This document shows, one piece after another, positions 10,257 to 19,830 of a DNA stretch of 64,000 nt. The translations under genes were made by a program, and so were the position numbers. The notes under the pieces are model-generated. The model searched no databases. It saw only the letters and a program-made list of their open reading frames with translations, and was not told the origin of the DNA. The DNA lies in contig CAXFSR010000017.1 in the NCBI GenBank assembly GCA_964005815.1, positions 128,001 through 192,000 on the forward strand, given 5' to 3'. The first letter of the stretch is position 1. The number at the start of each line of letters is the position of its first letter. This DNA is from an uncultured Nitrospinaceae bacterium. Lineage in GTDB: Bacteria; UBA8248.

Positions 10257-10952
10257 ATGTCTAAAGTAAAGTCGTACATGCCAGTTGTCTTAAAGATAAT
10301 AGAAGAAAAAAAACCTCATGCGATCTTGGATGCACCATCTGGAAATGGATGGCTCAAAACTATGGGAGATAACTCAACTGAGATTGACGGTATAGACCTA
10401 TATGAAGACAAACCAGAAGGATATAGAAATTTTCATTCCTCAAACTTAGAGTTTGGATTGCCTTCAGAACTTCCAAAATATGACGCTATAGTTTCATGTG
10501 AAGGAATAGAACACATCGGAAATCCATCTCTCTTTTTAGAATCAGTTTTCAAACACCTTCAAAAAGGAGGTATTTTCGTAGTTACCACACCAAACATCTG
10601 GTATCCCTTGTCAAAATTAAAATATCTTTTTTGTGGATTTTTTCCTAGTTATTCAAATTTAATAGGCAGAATGAAACCTGGGGCACATATGCATATTATG
10701 CCGTGGTCGTTTCCTTGGTTATACACATTTTTGAAAATGGCAAAATTTGAGGAAATAAAAATATACGAAGTTGATGAAAAAAAACCAAAACATTTCATAG
10801 AAAAGATATTTGGGTTTCCACAAAAAATTTATTGCAAATCAAAACACAGAAAAAGTAAAACCAAAGAAGAAAGAGACTTTTGGGAATTATGCAGTACACC
10901 CCAATCACTTTATGGAAGAAGATTAGTTGTTAGTGCGACAAAAAAATCTTAA
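10257..10952 (+). CDS. Class I SAM-dependent methyltransferase
   Basis: ILDAPSGNG motif I, YDAIVSCEGIEH and GGIFVVTTPN. Confidence 0.85.
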   Translation: MSKVKSYMPVVLKIIEEKKPHAILDAPSGNGWLKTMGDNSTEIDGIDLYEDKPEGYRNFHSSNLEFGLPSELPKYDAIVSCEGIEHIGNPSLFLESVFKHLQKGGIFVVTTPNIWYPLSKLKYLFCGFFPSYSNLIGRMKPGAHMHIMPWSFPWLYTFLKMAKFEEIKIYEVDEKKPKHFIEKIFGFPQKIYCKSKHRKSKTKEERDFWELCSTPQSLYGRRLVVSATKKS

Positions 10953-10953
10953 A

Positions 10954-11355
10954 TCAACAACTTTCAAGAATTAATGACTTAATTTTTTTGTTCGCTGGGG
11001 GAAAAGAATAGTTTTTAAGTTCTAAAGGAAAAATCCATTTGTGCTCTAAAACAAAATTGTTGGACACTTTATTGGAACTAACATGACATTCATAAAAAAA
11101 TAAATCCACTTCAAAATTTTGATAAGTATGCTTAGTTTCTAATAATAATTTATTCACAATCACATCAATTGAGAGTTCTTCATTCAATTCTCTTCTTAGA
11201 GCTTCACTATCAGATTCATCTTTTTCGACTTTCCCTCCTGGAAACTCCCATTTTCCTCCCATATGAACATTGAGAGGTCTTTTAGTTATTAAGATCTTTT
11301 TTTCATAAAAGACTATCCCGGCAACTACTTTTATTTTTTGTAAATTTGAATTCAT
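10954..11355 (-). CDS. mutT: MutT-like Nudix hydrolase (8-oxo-dGTP diphosphatase family)
   Basis: WEFPGGKVEKDESDSEALRRELNEELSI Nudix box and FPPAN motif. Confidence 0.8.
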   Translation of the reverse strand: MNSNLQKIKVVAGIVFYEKKILITKRPLNVHMGGKWEFPGGKVEKDESDSEALRRELNEELSIDVIVNKLLLETKHTYQNFEVDLFFYECHVSSNKVSNNFVLEHKWIFPLELKNYSFPPANKKIKSLILESC

Positions 11356-11368
11356 AGAAAATCCAAAA

Positions 11369-12142
11369 TCAAACGATTATAGGTTCAATAAGAGTCTCGT
11401 AAATACTAACCTTGCCTAAAGAAATCGCATCTTGTAAATCTTCATCACTTTCAAACTTAATCTTAGGAATTGTCAAAGAAGGTATACGGATTAACAGAGA
11501 ATCTTCAACGAATGGCCATGGAGATATTTCCATTTTTTCTAAATTTTCATTAATCTTTACTTTAACAGAACCCTTCAAAAGTGAAGTGATAACATTCGGC
11601 TTTGGAGTTATTTCTGGCGCACGACAAAGCAAAAGGGAAAGAGTATCAGAAAACCTTAAAAGTTCAGTTAGACTCTCTTTGTGGAGGTTCTCAATTTCCC
11701 TCATTCTTTTCTTTAATTCCCTTTGCCTATTTTCTTCTTGATAAACAAAATTGTTTAGTGTTTTAAATTGTGATTCTGGAGCGTCATCCATTCCTACTTT
11801 AGCAAGCCTGTAAAAATGCATACTTACCAAATACCCAGAAAAAGCTGAAAAACGTTCACAGATTTTAATACTCTCTTCCCATAATCCAACTACATTTTCA
11901 GGAGTTGTAGAAAAAAAACTAAAAGGCATTTGAATTTTTCTGTCAAGAATCGGGTTTAAATCTAAATCGTACCATCCAACATCATGATTATCTATTGCAA
12001 AGAAAGTTGAATCTTTCAAAAGTTGATTAACTTCAGGTACAATATGATTTCCCTTCCAATTTCTCGCAATCGTACCTGAAACACGTGCATGATCATGCTG
12101 TGTTGTTAGTCTTATACTTTTCTCAAAACTAGAAACTATCAT
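11369..12142 (-). CDS. DUF3891-like protein (HD-fold-like)
   Basis: QHDHARVSG...WKG, AIDNHDVGW and LVSMH motifs; ATG at 12142 preferred as start. Confidence 0.75.
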   Translation of the reverse strand: MIVSSFEKSIRLTTQHDHARVSGTIARNWKGNHIVPEVNQLLKDSTFFAIDNHDVGWYDLDLNPILDRKIQMPFSFFSTTPENVVGLWEESIKICERFSAFSGYLVSMHFYRLAKVGMDDAPESQFKTLNNFVYQEENRQRELKKRMREIENLHKESLTELLRFSDTLSLLLCRAPEITPKPNVITSLLKGSVKVKINENLEKMEISPWPFVEDSLLIRIPSLTIPKIKFESDEDLQDAISLGKVSIYETLIEPIIV

Positions 12143-12261
12143 TAGTAACTCAAAATTAAAAAAAAACGACAAAAACGTAATTTCATATTACCAAAGCTTT
12201 AAAAGATCGTTAAAATATAATTTTATTTAGTATTAGAAAAGTTAATCTTCTAGAGAATAAT

Positions 12262-13689
12262 ATGAACAATCACAACAAAGAGAAAATCAAAGAATTGATC
12301 GAAACACAATATTTAGATTTCGACGAGCCTTTCAAAACGAGTTCTGGTCAAGTACTCGAAAAGATAAAAGTTGCTTATGAAACATACGGCAAATTAAATG
12401 CAAAAAAAGATAATGCAATACTTGTAATACATGCTTTAACCGGAGATGCACACGCAGCAGGATATCACAATAAAGATGATATCCGTCCTGGTTGGTGGGA
12501 TCCAATGATTGGTCCAGAAAAAGCTCTAGATACCAACAAATATTTTGTAATTTGCACTAACAATCTAGGAGGTTGTTCAGGGACTACTGGGCCAAGTTCA
12601 GTGAATCCATCAAGTGGCAAATCCTATCATATGAACTTCCCTGTCGTCACAGTCGAGGATACAGTTGAATTACAAATGAAAACATTACAAGCACTCGGGA
12701 TTACAGGTCTTAAAACTGTTATTGGTGGTTCACTCGCTGGAATGCAGACTTTAGAATGGGGAATACGTTACAGTGAATTTTGTGAATCTATAATTCCTGT
12801 TGCTGCTGCTGCTTGTCTAAATCCCATGGGGATAGCATGGAATAAAATCGGTCGTCACGCAATTATGACTGATCAAAATTGGAGTGAGGGGAATTATAGC
12901 AAGTCAGAAAATCCCTCTAAGGGATTAATGACTGCACGTATGATTGCTCATATAACTTATTTAAGTAATAGAATAATGTGGGAAAAATTTGGAAGAAAAA
13001 CTAAAGAAAACGAAAATCTTCTTGAAGATGTAAACGCTCGATATGAAGTTGAAAGATACTTAGATTATCAAGGGGAAAAGTTTTCAAATCGTTTTGATGC
13101 AAATTCCTATATTTATCTTACTAGAATGATGGATCTCTATGATATAAAATCTAACTCTAATTCTCTCAAAGATGCCCTTAAAACATTAAATACTAATTGC
13201 TGTTTAATTAGTTTCATCTCTGATTGGTTGTTCCCAACTGAATGTAGTACGGAAATAGCTGAATCATTACAAGAGATTCAGAAAAAAGTCGAACTGCATA
13301 CAGTTGAATCGACATATGGTCATGATGCGTTTCTAGTTCAATACGACAAACTTACACAGATAGTACAAAATTTTTTAGACCGTGTTGAGAAAAAAGATGA
13401 AATTGGTATACACGGATTTGAAATTCCTAGCAAAACTAGAAGATTTGTGCTTACTTTTCCATCCACTCAAGTAAGTTTGCCTGTTTTGTGGGAACTAGGA
13501 AAAAAATTTGAATTAGAGGTTAACATCATAAGAGGAGAAGTAAATACGAACTCAGGATGGCAGGTATGCGAGTTCAAAGGGGATGACGAAGTGGTTCAAT
13601 CCGTTGTAAAGTATCTTAGAGATCGAGGTATTTGGGTAGATGAAGGTGGTTATGGAAAAATAGATCACGACAGAGCTGAGGTTGTCTAG
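12262..13689 (+). CDS. metX: Homoserine O-acyltransferase MetX with C-terminal NIL domain
   Basis: HALTGDAHAAG, GWWDPMIGP, GGSLAGMQ, RFDANSY and GHDAFL motifs. The extra C-terminus (RFVLTFP...PVLWELGKKFELEVNIIRGEV...YLRDRGIWVDE) is NIL-like. Confidence 0.9.
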   Translation: MNNHNKEKIKELIETQYLDFDEPFKTSSGQVLEKIKVAYETYGKLNAKKDNAILVIHALTGDAHAAGYHNKDDIRPGWWDPMIGPEKALDTNKYFVICTNNLGGCSGTTGPSSVNPSSGKSYHMNFPVVTVEDTVELQMKTLQALGITGLKTVIGGSLAGMQTLEWGIRYSEFCESIIPVAAAACLNPMGIAWNKIGRHAIMTDQNWSEGNYSKSENPSKGLMTARMIAHITYLSNRIMWEKFGRKTKENENLLEDVNARYEVERYLDYQGEKFSNRFDANSYIYLTRMMDLYDIKSNSNSLKDALKTLNTNCCLISFISDWLFPTECSTEIAESLQEIQKKVELHTVESTYGHDAFLVQYDKLTQIVQNFLDRVEKKDEIGIHGFEIPSKTRRFVLTFPSTQVSLPVLWELGKKFELEVNIIRGEVNTNSGWQVCEFKGDDEVVQSVVKYLRDRGIWVDEGGYGKIDHDRAEVV

Positions 13690-13729
13690 ACATTAACTAT
13701 TATTGTTTCAATGTTGTAAAGGAGAAATT

Positions 13730-14362
13730 ATGAGCAAATTAGAAGAACCAATCATCGTTACAAAATATTCTGACTTCACATGACCTTTTTGTTATGTTGC
13801 CACTGTAGGTGGAACCCCAGTTTTAGAAGAAGATCCTGACATCCAAGTTGAATGGGTTTCTTGGGAGGGAAGACCCCCCGAACAACCATTCGCTCCTTAT
13901 ACAACAGAGAAGAAATTGGAATTATATAACACAAAGTTCAAACCACTTGCAGATAAATATAATGTTCCAATAAATCCTCCAGAAAAGAATTGCAGAACAA
14001 CGAATGCCCATTTAGCAACAATATATTCTCGAGAAAAAGGAAAATTGAAAGAATATAGAAACAGGATTTATAAGGCTCGATGGGTAGAAGACTTAGACAT
14101 CGAAGATCCTGAAACTCTCTTACAACTTGGAGAAGAAGTTGGTCTAGATAGCAAAGAAATAAAAAAAGTTATCGATGAGAAACAGTATCTATCTGTTTTA
14201 CATAGCCAAAGATCACAAGGAAAAAGTTTAGGGATTTTTGGTATTCCCTCATTCGTTATAAGAGGAAAGATTTTTTGGGGAGTAGATGTAATTGAAGAAT
14301 TAAAAGAAGAAATTGACCGTGTAAAGCAAAAACTTATAGAAGAACAAGAAAAAGAAGATTAA
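13730..14362 (+). CDS. DsbA/FrnE-family thioredoxin-fold selenoprotein (UxxC motif), 210 aa
   Basis: AGGAG RBS and ATG at 13730 give MSKLEEPIIVTKYSDFT-TGA(13781)-PFCYV, in frame with ORF 13916-14362. C-terminal GIFGIPSFVI...FWGVD cis-Pro loop; downstream hairpin. Confidence 0.9.
13796..13815 (+). promoter_or_regulatory. Putative bacterial SECIS element
   Basis: GTT-G-CCACT-GTA-GGTGG-AAC stem-loop; the loop G lies 21 nt after the in-frame TGA. Confidence 0.65.
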
Positions 14363-14369
14363 TTCTCTA

Positions 14370-14765
14370 TTATTTTTTGGGGATATGGGCAATCGCTTCA
14401 ATTTCAACAATATCGTCTTGATTCAGTCCAGAAATTTCAACAATAGTTCTTGTTGGAAGATTTTTCCCAAAAAATTCTTCATATAATTCGTTTATAATCG
14501 GTCTAGAATTTTTCATGTCTGTTACGTAGACAGTAGTGGAAACTATATCCTGCATACAACCTCCCCTACTTTCGACAATAGATTTCAGATTAATTATAGT
14601 CTGCCGAGTACGTTTCTCAATATCATATTCGACCAATTGATTATTTTTAGGATCTATTCCTCTCTGACCAGAAATAAAGAAAATGTCTCCAATTTGGCGA
14701 ACCTGAACGAAAGGACCAGTAGGATTAGGTATGGAATCTTCAAAGGATTGATGAAGTGAATTCAA
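14370..14765 (-). CDS. RidA/YjgF/UK114 family protein
   Basis: GPFVQ, FISGQRGIDP, PTRTIVEISGL and VEIEAIA motifs. Confidence 0.9.
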   Translation of the reverse strand: MNSLHQSFEDSIPNPTGPFVQVRQIGDIFFISGQRGIDPKNNQLVEYDIEKRTRQTIINLKSIVESRGGCMQDIVSTTVYVTDMKNSRPIINELYEEFFGKNLPTRTIVEISGLNQDDIVEIEAIAHIPKK

Positions 14766-14785
14766 ATTAAAAACCTATATATTCT

Positions 14786-15016
14786 TTATTTTTTTTTGCC
14801 TTTACTAGGCAATTCTTCGGGAAAAGTATTCTTTAACCACTGCTGAGCAAGGATAAGACTTGCTGTATCATCTTTTCCAGGAACAAAAGCTATAGATTCT
14901 TCAATACGAGTACCGTCTTCATTCAACATAAAAACATCTACTCCAGAACCGTATAGTTCATCTGTACGTGATTCTAAAGAATATTTAACGCCATTGTTTT
15001 CTATCTCTTGTGACAT
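14786..15016 (-). CDS. Hypothetical protein
   Basis: 76-aa ORF with a strong AGGAGG RBS. Confidence 0.7.
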   Translation of the reverse strand: MSQEIENNGVKYSLESRTDELYGSGVDVFMLNEDGTRIEESIAFVPGKDDTASLILAQQWLKNTFPEELPSKGKKK

Positions 15017-15206
15017 ACTACCTCCTTTTTGAAAAGTACAATAACAATTCTAACAAGCACAAACACTAACATCAAATATTTTTTTTGATATTAAGTTCAC
15101 TATATAATTCATGTTCCAATCCGTCATATATAATTTCTAGTTAATCAAAGATTATCCACAATGGAATGCTGACTGCATCCATTCTTTCTCTATCTATGAG
15201 AAAAGA

Positions 15207-15743
15207 TTAGTAGAAACCTATAAACTTCACATCTACATCCGCATTAAAATCTTTACCAAAAGCAACTATTCCAATTGATAGAATTTCTAATGAAGAGAAA
15301 TTACTTGACTGATACCAATTAGAACTTTGAAATCCTGAAAAAGGCAAATCAATTGTAACCCAATCACTACTCGTTTTAAATTTTGATGAGTAGTACTGCC
15401 AAGGGAACCACATATCTTTTGTCCTAATATGCACAAAGTAGGATTCTCCATTTCCCCTAACCGTGATTCTTACTCCTTTCAATTCTTTCTTCAACTTTTT
15501 TTTGAATTTAGTACGAAATTGGATAAATCCTCCATTGTTTTCTGTACTAACCTGTCCCTGCATTTTATAAAAACGATCGTTATTTATACTTTTAAAATAA
15601 AGCTTTCCTTTTGAGACTCCTCCCATCACTGTATCTGCAATAAACGACCATTTACTCCTTTCTAGATTAATTAGATTCTCTGCAAAAACATCTTTTGTAA
15701 AAACTAAAAGAAAAAAGAGTAAAAGAGAAAAAAAAACTTTCAT
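15207..15743 (-). CDS. CIA30-family (NDUFAF1-like) protein with signal peptide
   Basis: DTVMGGVSKG, GQVSTENNGGFIQ and VRGNGESY motifs. Confidence 0.88.
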   Translation of the reverse strand: MKVFFSLLLFFLLVFTKDVFAENLINLERSKWSFIADTVMGGVSKGKLYFKSINNDRFYKMQGQVSTENNGGFIQFRTKFKKKLKKELKGVRITVRGNGESYFVHIRTKDMWFPWQYYSSKFKTSSDWVTIDLPFSGFQSSNWYQSSNFSSLEILSIGIVAFGKDFNADVDVKFIGFY

Positions 15744-15863
15744 TTTCTTGCCTCAACTTCAAGAAATGTAAAAAATTAAAACCTTCTCAAAACAGATAAA
15801 AAGAAGTACAATTAAATCACTTGGACGAGATTGATCTTACAGTGAAAAGGAATTCATTTAAAG

Positions 15864-16151
15864 ATGAACAAAATTACAATTATAAGTACTCTGATATGGG
15901 GATTTTTTCGTCATACTCTTTGTTGATGGCCCTCTGTTTTAACCGCTCTTGGTCTAGGAGCGACTACAGCTGGAGTTTTAGGAAGTGTATTAACTACACT
16001 TCAAGTTTATAGCTGGATCTTCTTGATTGTAGCAGTCATATCCTTTGGATGGACTTTCTGGAAAACCAGACATAATACTCATAAACAGAGAATCTTTGTT
16101 TATTTCTCTGGAATCTTTATTTTATTAGTATTCCTTTATAAATTTATTTAA
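15864..16151 (+). CDS. MerT/MerF-like small membrane selenoprotein (CU motif), 95 aa
   Basis: Manual translation: MNKITIISTLIWGFFRHTLC-TGA(15924)-WPSVLTALGLGATTAGVLGSVLTTLQVYSWIFLIVAVISFGWTFWKTRHNTHKQRIFVYFSGIFILLVFLYKFI. It has hydrophobic segments and a SECIS-like hairpin. Confidence 0.8.
15944..15962 (+). promoter_or_regulatory. Putative bacterial SECIS element
   Basis: CGCTCTT-GGTCT-AGGAGCG, a 7-bp stem with one G-U pair; the loop begins 24 nt after the TGA. Confidence 0.75.
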
Positions 16152-16190
16152 AAAAAGAAGCCTTTCTTATAGAAACGAATAAAGTAAATA

Positions 16191-17156
16191 CTAACGCAAC
16201 ATCTCCTTCATTTTTAAAACGATTTCATTTGTGACATTTCCGCCTGTTACGGTAGCAACAGTAATTAAATCAGTATCTACTTTTTTAGACAAAAAAGCAG
16301 CAGCAGCTACTGCCCCTGCAGGTTCTGATAAGATTTTACTTCTATATAATATTTCAGAAAATGCATTTGCTATCTCTACCTCACTTACTAAAACAATTTC
16401 ATCCAGAAATTCTTGCAAATGACGAAATGGAAAAAAACCAGGACGCACTGCGGACAATCCATCAGCTATGGTATCCCAATAATCTATTGCAGTTGGTTCA
16501 CCTTTTTGAAGAGAAACATATGCAGCATTGGCCTTCTCAGGCTGAACACCTATTACTTTCACGTCAGGATTTGACAATTTTATTGCAGCAGAAATCCCTG
16601 CAGCCACGCCACCACTACTCACTGGAACTAAAACAACTTGCAAGTTCAACATATCTTCCAAAATCTCAAGACCAATAGTTCCATGTCCAACTGTTGCCAT
16701 TGGTTCTTCCCAAGTATCAATGGCAGTCATTCCCCGATCCTTCGCTATTTTTTCAACTATAGGTTGTCGAGAAAGGGCATCTGTACCGCAAAACACGACC
16801 TCTGCTCCGTAACCTCTTGTAGCGTTAACTTTATAAGGACTTGTTCTATCTAACATTACAACTACTATCTTCACCCCCAAGCATGACCCTGCGTAAGCAA
16901 AGGCTTGGGCAAAATTACCTGAAGATGTCAGCACTACCCCTTTTGAAAGTTGTTCTTTTGTTAAAGAGTTTAATATTGTGACAGCAGCTCTGATTTTATA
17001 GGCACCAGTCACTTGAAGATTCTCTGCCTTCAAAAAAAGTTTCTCTTTTCCAACATCAGAAGAATTAGAAGAAAATGGAATTAAAGGAGTTCTCCTAATC
17101 CAATTTGGAAATTGAGATCTTGCTCTTTCAATATCTTTTAATTGTACGTAATTCAA
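16191..17156 (-). CDS. PLP-dependent threonine/serine dehydratase (catalytic domain only)
   Basis: LKAENLQVTGAYKIRAA, SSGNFAQ, TIADGL and EPAGAVA motifs. Confidence 0.9.
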   Translation of the reverse strand: MNYVQLKDIERARSQFPNWIRRTPLIPFSSNSSDVGKEKLFLKAENLQVTGAYKIRAAVTILNSLTKEQLSKGVVLTSSGNFAQAFAYAGSCLGVKIVVVMLDRTSPYKVNATRGYGAEVVFCGTDALSRQPIVEKIAKDRGMTAIDTWEEPMATVGHGTIGLEILEDMLNLQVVLVPVSSGGVAAGISAAIKLSNPDVKVIGVQPEKANAAYVSLQKGEPTAIDYWDTIADGLSAVRPGFFPFRHLQEFLDEIVLVSEVEIANAFSEILYRSKILSEPAGAVAAAAFLSKKVDTDLITVATVTGGNVTNEIVLKMKEMLR

Positions 17157-17256
17157 TTTATTGCCTTGAATAAAAAAAAATAATCGAATACTTTCTACTA
17201 GGTTTTATTAGAAGATTAAATTAAAAAAAGATTAATTTAAATTAAGTGACCAAATA

Positions 17257-18024
17257 ATGATTATACAATACACGAGTTTTCGTCAAAATTATTTATCTAA
17301 AAGATTGCTCTTTTTGTTAACTCTTTCCTTTTTTTTTATTTCTTGTTCACACAACAATATAATCGAAACAGGACATATAGAGAGACACGGAGAAAAAAAT
17401 CCTCATGGCATAAAACTTACGATAGGGAACAACGTCCCATCTATAGTTTCAGATTATAATTCGCGTTATTCCACCTTCGGTTCAATTCGATCTAGGGGAA
17501 GGCATACTGGACTTGATTTCAAAGCACCTATTGGACATCCGGTAATAGCCGCATCTGATGGAAGAGTAATCAGAGCACTTTACCTTTCATGCGGAGGCAA
17601 TACTGTATATATAACTCACGGAAGAGACAAGAAAGGTAACTATATCGGAACAGGATACACCCATTTAGATAAAATTTTTGCTAATAAAGGACAACTGGTA
17701 AAAAGAGGGGAAACAATAGGAACAGTAGGAATCACAGGCTCATGTGCTAGCGGAAATGTTCCTCATCTACATTTTTTAGTGTTCAAAGCAAATAAAAAAT
17801 ATCATCTCGGTTGCGCTTATATTAGTAAAAACCATAGAAAGGATTTACCTTGCAAAGGAAAAAGAATGAACCCTCATGAATTTTGGTACGATGGAATAGG
17901 AATGATGTCCTGTTTTGAAAAACATAAGATATACACAAATAAAATGCGAGCTAGATTTACAATTCCAGTCGAGTGTTTAAAAAAAATGCATAAAGTAACA
18001 AACACTAAATTAAATAGGAATTAA
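17257..18024 (+). CDS. M23-family metallopeptidase (probable lipoprotein)
   Basis: HTGLDF and PHLHF zinc motifs, YTHL, and FISC lipobox. Confidence 0.88.
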   Translation: MIIQYTSFRQNYLSKRLLFLLTLSFFFISCSHNNIIETGHIERHGEKNPHGIKLTIGNNVPSIVSDYNSRYSTFGSIRSRGRHTGLDFKAPIGHPVIAASDGRVIRALYLSCGGNTVYITHGRDKKGNYIGTGYTHLDKIFANKGQLVKRGETIGTVGITGSCASGNVPHLHFLVFKANKKYHLGCAYISKNHRKDLPCKGKRMNPHEFWYDGIGMMSCFEKHKIYTNKMRARFTIPVECLKKMHKVTNTKLNRN

Positions 18025-18025
18025 A

Positions 18026-19828
18026 ATGAATGAATTCAATTCTGAAAGAATAAGAAATATCGCAATCATTGCACATGTTGACCATGGAAAAACAACGTTA
18101 GTTGACGCGATGTTGTGGCAATCTGGAGTTTTCAGAGAAAATCAAAACATAAGCGAACGTGTCCTTGACTCTATGGATTTAGAGAGAGAAAAGGGAATCA
18201 CAATAATGTCAAAGACTTGCTCGGTTCAATATAAAGATACTCTCATAAATATTGTAGATACTCCTGGCCATGCAGATTTTGGAGGAGAAGTAGAACGTGT
18301 CATGTCGATGGTTGACGGAGTTATACTTTTGGTAGATGCCTATGAAGGCCCCCTTCCTCAGACGAAGTTTGTAGTAGAAAAAGCAATGCTAGCAAAACTG
18401 CCATTTATAATAGTTATCAACAAGGTTGACCGTTCTGATCAAAGAGCTGCTGAAGTCCTTGACGAAATATATGACTTGTTCATTGACTTAGATGTCACAG
18501 AAGAAAAACTAGATTTTCCTGTTTTATACGCAATTGCAAAGGAAGGAAAAATTGGATCAAGATTAGACGAAATAAACGAAAATTTAGAACCTCTATTTGA
18601 AACAATTCTTTCAGAAGTACCTCCACCATTTTCTGACTCTGGTGAATCTCTACAAATGTTAATTTCAAGACTCGAATACGATAACTACTTAGGGAAATTA
18701 ATCATAGGAAGGATAAAAAACGGTTCAATGCATCTTAAGCAAAAAGCATTGATTGTGGGGAAAGATAATCAACAAACCACACAAGAAATCACGAAACTCT
18801 TTACCTACGAAGGAATTAAACTTACGGAACAGAAAGAAGCGTCTTTTGGAAATATTGTAGCTATCGCTGGTTTTGATAATGCAGAAATTGGCGATACTCT
18901 TACTGATATAGACAAACCCTCTCCACTCCCAAGAATAGAAGTCGATGACCCAACAATTTCGATGACTTTCAGAATCAATGACACACCACTGTCAGGAGAA
19001 GGAAAATTTCTAACAAGTCGTCAAATTAGAGACCGACTCTTACACGAAGCAAAACATAATGTCGCGATACAAATACACGAAACTAATTCTACAGACACAC
19101 TCCGTGTCTCTGGAAGAGGATGCCTTCAACTATCTGTCCTCATAGAACAACTACGCAGAGAAGGATATGAATTAACTGTTGGTAGACCAGAAGTTATAAC
19201 GAAAGATGGAGAAAACGGAAAACTTGAGCCAATTGAAAAATTGATCATTGAAGTTAAGGAAGAATATATAGGAACGGTCACGCAAAAGTTGGGACAACGA
19301 AAAGGCAAAATGACAGACATGAAAAAAATCACAAGAGAAGACACAAGACTGGAATTTATTATTCCTAGCAGAGGATTAATTGGATATCATAGCGAATTTA
19401 TAACAGACACAAGAGGAACAGGAATTCTTACTCACCTATTTCATTGTTGGGATTCTTGGAAAGGAGATATTAAAAGCAGAAATTCAGGTGCGATAGTAGC
19501 AGATAGAGGAGGAAAATCTACTGCTTATGCGATTGAAAATATTCAAGAAAGAGCAACAATGTTCATTCATCCACAGGAGAGTGTATACGAAGGAATGATT
19601 GTTGGAGAAAACACTAGGGAACAAGATATGTATGTAAATATAACTAAGGGGAAAAAGCTAACCAATATCAGAGCATCAAACTCTGACATCTCCACAAAAA
19701 TAATCCCACCAAATATTTTTAGTCTCGAACAGGCTTTAGAGTTTCTTAGAGACGGTGAATGTCTAGAAGTAACTCCTTCAACATTCCGTCTCAGAAAATC
19801 TGAGTTACAATCTCGGAAACACGCGTAA
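18026..19828 (+). CDS. typA: Translational GTPase TypA/BipA
   Basis: [33 protein letters not shown] and KKLTNIRAS motifs. Confidence 0.96.
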   Translation: MNEFNSERIRNIAIIAHVDHGKTTLVDAMLWQSGVFRENQNISERVLDSMDLEREKGITIMSKTCSVQYKDTLINIVDTPGHADFGGEVERVMSMVDGVILLVDAYEGPLPQTKFVVEKAMLAKLPFIIVINKVDRSDQRAAEVLDEIYDLFIDLDVTEEKLDFPVLYAIAKEGKIGSRLDEINENLEPLFETILSEVPPPFSDSGESLQMLISRLEYDNYLGKLIIGRIKNGSMHLKQKALIVGKDNQQTTQEITKLFTYEGIKLTEQKEASFGNIVAIAGFDNAEIGDTLTDIDKPSPLPRIEVDDPTISMTFRINDTPLSGEGKFLTSRQIRDRLLHEAKHNVAIQIHETNSTDTLRVSGRGCLQLSVLIEQLRREGYELTVGRPEVITKDGENGKLEPIEKLIIEVKEEYIGTVTQKLGQRKGKMTDMKKITREDTRLEFIIPSRGLIGYHSEFITDTRGTGILTHLFHCWDSWKGDIKSRNSGAIVADRGGKSTAYAIENIQERATMFIHPQESVYEGMIVGENTREQDMYVNITKGKKLTNIRASNSDISTKIIPPNIFSLEQALEFLRDGECLEVTPSTFRLRKSELQSRKHA

Positions 19829-19830
19829 AA

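Noticed and set aside
15821..16012. 63-aa ORF-track call MDEIDLTVKR...
   Set aside because: It overlaps, in another frame, the better-supported CU membrane protein, and has a TTG start and no recognisable features.
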